Of a DNA stretch of 64,000 nucleotides, positions 55,663 to 64,000 are shown piece after piece. The first letter of the stretch is position 1, and each line of letters begins with the position of its first letter. Origin of the DNA: an uncultured Planctomycetota bacterium (GTDB lineage: Bacteria > Planctomycetota > Planctomycetia > Isosphaerales > Isosphaeraceae); NCBI GenBank assembly GCA_963845755.1, contig CAWJTV010000003.1, positions 128,001 through 192,000 on the forward strand, written 5' to 3'. Made by a program: the position numbers and the translations under genes. The notes beneath the pieces are model-generated. The model saw only the letters and a list, made by a program, of their open reading frames with translations. It made no database searches and was not told the DNA's origin.

Positions 55663-58600
55663 TCAGTGGAGATGGATCGCGACCGAACGTCGTCGACGGA
55701 TCGCTTTTCGGCCCAGCGTCCATCCCGCACCCACCACCACGGCTGACGCGACCACCGCAACCACTGGTCGGGTCCGGTCCGTATCCTGGGCCCTGGCCAG
55801 CTCGTCCCAGAATCCCCAACCCGGCCTATCGGCTTCCCGACCCGCACCCAGCTCCCCCAGCACGGTATCGATGACTCGGCCGGTGCCCTCGGGCCCCGGG
55901 ATGGATGATGCGACCACCGGCAAGAGGGGAGCGACGATCGCGGCCTCGGACGACGCCGCGGGCCTGGCCTGCGCCCCGGTCCGGTCCCTGGTCGTGGGAC
56001 GGGCGGGTGTCGGAACGGGCGGGGCGAGCGTTCGGCCAGTCGCGGGCGGCACCGTCGCCTTTCGGTTCTCCGCAGCCGGCGATCGGCCGTCGACCTCCAG
56101 GATCACGGCGCGCGCCCGTTCCCAGGACCGCTCCAGGCCGAGCACCAGCCGCTCCCACGCCGTCGCCCGCTCGACGATCGTTTGGGATACCCCGTCGTCT
56201 GGCTTGGCTTCATCGCTCGGCTCGTCTCCCGAATCGCTGGAGCTGTCGTTGGCCTGGCTCGATCCCTGGCCGGGTCCGGTCGAACCGCCCGCGCCCGACG
56301 TGCCGCCGCCGGACTCGATCTCGACCACCGAGACGCTCAGCAAGGTGGCCGCCAGGTCCAGCGTCGTGCCCGAGAGGCTCAGGAGCTGGGAGACCTGCTG
56401 CACCGAACCGCTGGTCGCCTGCGACAACACCCCGGCCGACGACCCCTCCGTGGGAGTGACAACCACCGAGGGTACGCCGCCCCCCGACTCGCCGCTTTCG
56501 GGGCCGCCGCTGAGGTTAAAGGTCAGATTCGTGGCCGCCTCGTGACCGGCCGTGCTCACATAGAAACTGAGCAGACCGTCGGAGACCCCGCCGAAGCTCA
56601 AGGCGGTCGGGTTGGGCACCTCGGCGCTCGAGAGGGTCTGAAACAGGCTCAGGCCACCCAGGCCGCCCGTCAGCAGCGCCAGGTGACCGTCGCCGTTGTT
56701 GCCTACCACCAGGTCGGTGAAGCCATTACCGGTGAAGTCCCCTGCAAAGCCGGTCGTTGGCGAGTCGCCGCCGGTCGGGAAGCTCTGGGTCACCGGGTTC
56801 GCGGAGCCGATCCCGGAGATCAGCGTGCCATCGTTCGAGCCGGAGTTGAGCGTGGCCAATCCCTGGCCGAGCCCGTTGAAATTGCCCAGGAACAGCGAGG
56901 ACGGCGCCTGGCCGACCGCATACGTCTTTGTGGGCTGGTCGTTGAAGAACCCGCTGCCGACGCCGGGGAAGACCTGGACGTTATTGGCCCCGCTATTGGC
57001 CACGGCCAGGTCGGGCTGCGTGTCGCCCAGCAGGTTGCCCACGGCCATCGCGACCGGTCCAGCGTCGGTCTGGACCCGTGGCCCCGGAAACATCGTCCAG
57101 CTCGACCCGCTCCCCTGACCTAGGAGCACCGAGACGTCATTGGAGCCGGTGTCGGCGACCAGCAGGTCGGGCTGACCATTCAGGTTGGCGACCGTCAGTC
57201 CGGTCGGGTCGGTGCCGACGGGGAAGCCCTTGGTGCCGCCCACCGGCGGTCCGAACTGGCCGTTGCCCAGGCCGGGGTAGACCAGGACATTGTTGCCGCC
57301 GCTATTGGCGACGATCAGGTCGGGAATGCCGTCGCCGTTCAGGTCCTTCAGGAGAACGGCTCCTGGCGCCAGCACGCCGGTGGTCTGGTTGCCGATGACC
57401 GCCGGGCTATTGTCGTCCTGGCTGGTGGTGCCATAGACGACCGAGACCTGGTTGAGCGACTGGTCGGCGAAGACGAAATCGGGGACGCCGTTGCCGGTGA
57501 GGTCGGCGACGGCCAGGGCGATGGCCTGTTTCACCGGCTCGAAGGTCCGGAAGGTGCCGTCGCCATTGCCGACCAGGATCAGGACGTCGCCATAGATGTT
57601 GCCGATCAGGAGGTCGAGCTTGCCGTTGCCCAGCAGGTCGGTGACGGTCAAGCCGGTGGGATCGGTGCCGGCATTGTAAGTGACTGGAGACGAGAAGCCG
57701 CCTTGGCCGTCGCCCAGGAAGATGCTCACGCCATCGGCGGTGAGGACGGCGAGGTCCGCGACGCCGCTGCCGGTGAAGTTGGCCATGCGGACCACCTCAG
57801 CGGGAGCCTGTGTCCGGATCGTAACGGGATTGGCGAAGCGACCTCGCCCCAGGCCCGCGAGCAAGTCGATCGTGTATGTGCCCGGGTTGATCGTCACCAG
57901 GCTGGGTGGAGCGCCGGGCGTGAGCGGCCCGGATGCCACGCCCGCCGTCGCATCCTCGCCGGCCGACTCGGGCATGCTCCCGGGTTCGATCACCGAGAAC
58001 CCGGTCCCGGCGCGATAGGGCTCGAGGGGCGCGAAGGCCCCACCGCCCAGGTTGCGGAGGAGGCTCACCTGGCCGGTTAGCTTGTTGGTGACGACGAGGT
58101 CGAGTACGCCGCTGCCCGTGGTATCGACTGCCTGGACGTCGGAGACACCCAGTCCGTCGGGGAGGATGAAAGCCGCCGTGAAAATGGGTGCAGCGAGCGT
58201 GCCGCTGGGGCCTACGAACCCGCTACGGAACCAGCTACCGAGGTACACCGAAACCGTACCGTCGCCGGCATTGCGGACGACCAGGTCGTCCAGGCCGTTG
58301 CCGTCGAGCTGGCCCGCGATGATCTGCGCCGGGAACTGGCCGGTCGGGAGCGACCCGCTCAGCCGGACGAATTGACCATCGCGGTAGGCGTAAAACGAGA
58401 TGGCGTCGTCCTGGGCGTCGACGCTGGCGAGTACAGGGCCTACAGAGGTGTCGGGCAGCCAGGCGATGTCGCGCGAGGGGTTACCGGGGTTGACCGTCAC
58501 GGGCGGCAGAAAGCTGCCGGGCTCGCCGGGGATGCCCTGGCGATAGAGGATGTTCCCGGCCGCGTCGACGACCAGGACATCGGCGGTGCCATCGCCATTG

Positions 58601-61600
58601 ACGTCGGCCACCAGGGGCGTGGCATGAGGGGTGGCGGCAAGCTCGTCGGCGTCGGTGAACGTCCCGTCGCCATTGCCCAGCAGCACCGACGCTGTGCGGG
58701 CTTGAAAGTAGACGACGGCCAGGTCGAGGTGGCCGTCGCCGTTGAAGTCGGCCGCCGTGATCGCGAACAAATAGTCATTATTGTTGTTGCCGAAGGTAAC
58801 CTCGGGCGCGAACGTGCCGTCGCCATGGCCCAGCAGCACCGATATGGGGTAGGCTTGCTCGATTCCGGGGGAAGAGGAGTAAACGAACTCGGTGAACAGG
58901 ACCAGGTCGAGATGGCCATCGCCGTTGAAGTCCCCTGCCACCATTCTGATCGCATTTTCGCTCAGGTTGTCGGTGACCTGGGGCGCGAACGTGCCGTCGC
59001 CATGGCCCAGCAGCACGCTCACGCTGCCCGGGCTCGAGAAGAATAAACCTTCATTGGCGACGGCCAGGTCGAGCCGCCCATCACCATTGAAGTCGCCCGC
59101 CACGATGGCGTCTGGGTCCGTCCCAACCGCATAGGTGACCTGGGGCGCGAAGGTGCCGTCGCTGTGGCTCAGCAGCACCGACACGCTGTTGTTGCCGTGG
59201 TTGGCGACGGCGAGGTCGGTCCGGCCGTCGCCGGTGAAGTCACCCGCCACGATCGCGTTTGGGCTCGTTCCCACCGCATAGGTGGCCTGGGGCGCGAAGA
59301 TGCCGTCGCCGTCGTTCAGCAGCACCGACACCGTGTTGTCGCCGTTGTTGATGAGGGCGAGGTCGGTCCGGCCGTCGCCGTTGAAGTCACCCGCCACGAT
59401 CCCGGCCGGAGACTTCCCCACCGCATAGGTGACCTGGGGCGCGAAGGTCCCATCGCCATTGCCCAGCAGCACCGACACGGTGTTGTCGGCGTAGTTGGCG
59501 ACGGCCAGATCGAGCCGCCCGTCGCCGTTGAAATCGCCCGCCACGATCCCGGCCGGAGACTCGCCGACCGCATAGGTGACCTGGGGTGCGAAGGTCCCAT
59601 CGCCATTGCCCAGCAGCACCGACACGGTGTTGTCGCCAAGGTTCACGACGGCCAGATCGAGCCGCCCGTCGCCGCTGAAATCGCCCGCCACGACCGTCCC
59701 CGGCGACGTCCCCACCGTATTCCCGGTCGGTCCGCCCAGCGGAAGGAAGGTGCCGTCGCCATAGCCGAGCAACAGGCTCACGCCGCTAATCCGCGGGCCG
59801 CCGAGCACGTAGCTAAGGGCGACGGCCAGATCGAGCCGCCCATCACCGTTGAAGTCGCCCGCCACGATTTCCGTCAGAGTGTGCCCCAGCGAGTATCTGA
59901 CCTCCGGCTGGAAGGTGCCGTCGCCGTTGCCCAGCAACACCGACACGAAGCCGTTGTAAGCGACGGCCAGGTCGATCCGCCCGTCGCCGATGAAGTCGCC
60001 CGCCACGAGCGCACCACTGTCTCCGTTCGCGACCGTCCTCGCAGGCAGGAATGTCCCGTCGCCGTGGCCCTGCAGGATCTGCACCCCGACGGAGTCGCTG
60101 ACAGCCAGGTCAACGTGGCCGTCGCCATTGAAATCCCCGGCCGCGATCGACACGGGTAGAATCCCGACCGCGTAGGTGACCTGGGGCGCGAAGGTGCCGT
60201 CGCCGTCGCCCAGCAGCACCGACACCGTGCTTGTCAGTGCTGCTGGGGAGGTCCAGTTGGCGACGGCCAGATCGAGCCGCCCGTCGCCGCTGAAATCGCC
60301 CGCCACGATGGCGTCCGGTCTCTGCCCGACCGCGTAGGTGACCTGGGGCGCGAAGGTGCCGTCGCCGTCGCCCAGCAGCACCGACACCGTGCCGGAGACA
60401 TAATTGGCGACGGCCAGGTCGAGGTGGCCGTCGCCGGTGAGATCGCCCGCCACGATCGCCCGCGGATTGCTCCCGACCGCGTAGTTGACCTGGGCCTTGA
60501 ACGTGCCGTCGCCATTGCCCATGAGCACCGACACCGTGTTGTCGCCGTCGTTGGCCACGGCCAGATCGAGCCGCCCATCACCGTTGAAGTCGCCTGCCAC
60601 GAGGGCCCATGGCTGCGACCCGACCGCGTAGTTGACCGGTGGCGCGAAGGTGCCGTCGCCGTTGCTCAACAGCACGGAGACGACATTGGTGCCATCGAAT
60701 TGGCTAGAGCTAGTGAAGGCCAGGTCGAGGTGGCCGTCGCCGGTGAAGTCTCCCGCGACGATGGATTCAATATCTACGGGGGATTGCCCCATCGCAAGGG
60801 GCTGGAGAGGGCTGGTCGCCGCCAAGGCCGTGGCCGTTAAACTGAACGTGCCCGCGCCGCCGAAGTGTTGCACCTCAAGCGAATACGTCCCCGCGGGGAC
60901 ATAGGTGTTGATCAGGTCGTCGCCGCCTGCGGCGGACAGGCCGTCGCTCTGCATCAGAACATTGCCGGTGGCATCCAGGAGTAACAGTTGCGTCGTCACA
61001 CCCTGGGCCTGGACCACCACAGTCAGGTCCTCGCCGATGATGGTCTCGAACCGGTAGGAATCGATCGAGCTGAGGGGGCCTGCTCCACTTCCGGAAAATG
61101 CCAGGGACGGGAGGGCCAGGACTTCCGGGATCGCCGAGGCACCGAAGCCGAAACCGCCGATCGCCACGCCGCGGACCGTGACCGCGGAGGCGATCGTCAG
61201 CGGGTCGGAGCCGGCGAGCGACTGGCCGCTCAGGTCGATCAACGGCGTGCCCGCGAAACCGGGCTGAGACGTGCCGTCGATGAGCACCGACGTGGTGGCG
61301 GCGGGAAGAGCCGAGGTCGGCGCGATCGTCTGGATGCCGGTGCCGGGGATGGCGAAGTCGATCGTGTTGGTCGCACCGAAGGCATTGTTGGAATCGATGA
61401 TCGCCTGGCGGAGCGAGCCGGGGCCGCTATCCGCCGTGTTGGTCACCAGGAACGAACCGTTGCTCAGGAGGACTTGCGAATCGACCGACGCGGCGCCGTC
61501 CGACCGGGCGTCGAGGCTGAGCGTGACATAGCCGTAGGAGACCGCGGGCGGTGTAAAGGTCATGCCGGCGAGCGCCGCGTCCAGCGCCGAGAGGGGGCCG

Positions 61601-64000
61601 CTGTAGGATAACGTATTCGTGCCGTTGCCCGATCCCGTCAGGCCGGCGATGTTCGACAAGGTCAAAGTCCCGGTCGTGACCGATAACGTCAGATCCCACG
61701 TCAGGTCAAACGGTCCGACATCGGGGTCATTCAAGGCGATCGCATCGCCGGACGCGGCCGAGAAGACGAACGGCTGGCCGGCGGTGAATCGAACATAGTT
61801 CGCGGGGACCTGAAAGACGCCCGGGCGAAGGGCCGAGACTTCCGAGGTGTTGCCGCCGGGATCGGTCGCCGTGGCGGTGATGATCGGCAGCCCGTCGGGC
61901 GCCGTGAAGGGGACCGCGAAACTCACCCCGCCCGTTGCGTCGGTCGTCACTTCGATCGAGCCCAGGTCGTCCTGCGCGTCACCCGAGCCCCCCGGCCCGT
62001 AGGCGGCGCTGGCGAAGAAGTCGAGTCGAAAGAGAGTGTCGGGTGTGCTCCCGCCCAGCCAGCCTTCGAGCTGGCCGTTGGAGGTCATGAATAAGATCGG
62101 GAAGTTCTGGAGGTTGTTCGGGCCCTGGCTCGGAGCGGAGGCGTTGTCCGTCACCCCGTCGTCGCCGAGGTCGATGGCCTGTCCGATGTTGGCGAAGATG
62201 CGGTTGTCCGTGATCGGGTTGCCGATGGAGAGGTCGCTGGCCGAGGTACCGACCACGACACCCGGCCCGCCGTTGTTGGTGATCAGGTTGCCCGCGACGG
62301 CGGAGGTCCCACCGATCGTATTGCCGGTGGATCCCTCCGCGATCACGATTCCGCCGGATTGGTTGGGCAGGGATACGGAACCGGTCACGTCGGTGCCGAT
62401 GAAATTGCCCGCCACCACGTTATCGGACGAGCCGCCGATCGCGACGCCCGCGTTATCATTGCCCGAGATGACGTTCCCCTGGCCGGCGGCATCGACGCTG
62501 ACGCCGTCGGTCCCAATCACGTTGCCGGAGGCGCCTGCGACGATCATCACGCCGCCGGCAGTCCCCGGGCCAGAGTAGTTATAGTAAGGGTAAGATCCGT
62601 TGTAAGGGTAGGCTCCGTTGGCCAGAGCGACATCCCCGGTGACCGTCGTGCCGATGAGATTGCCCGCGACGACATTGCCATCGGTGCCCTGGCCCTTGAT
62701 CAGGACGCCGACTCCGGAGTTGCCCGAGATCAGGTCTCGCTCGGCCGCATCGTTGATGCCGTCGCCATCGGTCCCGATCAGGTTGTCGCTGGCCCCCTCG
62801 TCGATCTCGACACCGAACTGGTTCGGTTCGGCCTGGGTGCCGGCGGGATCGGTCCCCAGGAAGTCACCGTAGATCCAATCGCCCGTGGCGCCCGAGCCCG
62901 TGAGGTGAATGCCGGCGCCCTGGCCGAAGCTGTCGATGTTCAGGCCCGCGACGGTGACGCCCGGGGAGGTGATCATCAGGCCGTCGCCGCCGCCGGCCTG
63001 GCTGCCGTTGAGCTCGATCAAAGGCGAGCCGGCGTAACCGGGTTGCGACGTGCCGTCGATCAGCACCGGGTTGGAGATCGCTGGCAAGGCCGAGAGTAAG
63101 AAGATCGTTTGCACGCCCGAGCCCGGGATATCGAAGTCGATCGTGTTGGTGGCGCCGGTGGCGCCGTTGGAATCGAGGATCGCCTGGCGGAGCGACCACG
63201 GGCCGCTGTCGGCCGTCGTGGTGACCACGAAGGGACCATAGGTGACGAACACCTGAGATTGGACCGGCGCCGCGCCCACGGACGTCGCATCCAGAGTGAG
63301 CGCGACGTCGAGAGCGGTGCCGGGGGGCGGTGTGTAAATCAACCCCTCGAGCCCCGCGTCGATCGCCGCGATCGAGCCCTGATACGATAACGACTCGGTG
63401 CCATCGCCCGAGCCGGCCAGGCCGGCGGTGGTCCCGAGAGTCAGCGTCCCGGCGGGGACCGACAGCGAGATGTTCCAGATCGCCACCAATGGCCCGGCAC
63501 TCGGGTCTTGCAGGGCGATCTCCTGGCCCGATGCGGCCGAGAAGTCCACCGACTGACCGGGGGCCGGGCGGATGGAGCTTGCGGCGATCGCCCAGACGCC
63601 CTGGCGCGGCCGAGACCTCGGAGGTGTTGCCAGCCGGATCGGTCGCCGTGGCCGTGATGTCCGGCAACCCGGCGGGCGCCGTGAAGGGGACTGCGAAGGT
63701 CACCTGTCCGGTCGCGTCGGTGGTCACATCAAACGACCCCAGGTCGTCCTGGGCCTCTCCCGACCCGTCGGAATTGTAGCCGGTGTTGGCGTAGATATCG
63801 ATGCGAAACGTCGTGTCGGGAGTGCTGCCCCCGAGCCAGCCCTGGAGCTGGCCATCGGCGGTGGCCACGATGATCGGGAAGTTCTGGAAATTGTTCGGGC
63901 CCTGGCTCGAAGAGGGGGCGTTGTACGTCACCCCGTCATCGCCGAGATCGATGGCCTGTCCGGTGTTGGCGAAGATGCTATTGGCTGTGATCGGGTTGCC
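55663..64000 (-). CDS. Giant secreted FG-GAP/VCBS-repeat protein, copy 2 (5' end outside the window; frameshift near 63590)
   Basis: 2628-aa ORF plus upstream ORF 62864-63931. Same architecture as copy 1, with a near-identical C-terminal third. Confidence 0.88.

Noticed and set aside
50700..60760. Tandem ~150-180 bp DNA repeats as a non-coding array
   Set aside because: They are the coding FG-GAP repeats of the two large proteins.
1..64000. tRNA or rRNA genes
   Set aside because: None recognised by eye; a covariance-model scan was not possible.

Overview
GC-rich (about 65-70% by eye) bacterial DNA with a planctomycete-like gene set: ECF sigma factors with C-terminal extensions, an STK-WD40 kinase and LEPR-XLL-type FG-GAP proteins. 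Many conserved genes carry single-base frameshifts, most simply explained by long-read assembly error. 1-24.7 kb holds housekeeping and envelope genes (YbdK/GCS2 ligase behind a sigma-54 promoter, ECF-TolC fusion, ferredoxin, cyclophilin, giant TPR protein, FloA, NfeD, SppA), two IS elements and an Rpn-like nuclease. 24.7-34.2 kb is a complete integron: intI, attI, a candidate Pc, and 8 cassettes with 8 closely related attC sites. The highlight is a three-level nested element in the array. A IIB/CL-type group II intron (27845-32277), whose EBS1 loop CCUAAC is complementary to the attC core GTTAGG, sits sense-strand inside an attC R' box. Its reverse transcriptase is split in the PQGG-x-x-SP motif by a 2022-bp large-serine-recombinase element with perfect 24-bp terminal inverted repeats; precise excision would restore GTPQGGIVSPALAN. 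34-64 kb contains ECF/kinase remnants, an IS4 inserted in a REP, small enzymes, a kinase-WD40-TPR gene, a MITE and two tandem giant FG-GAP proteins.
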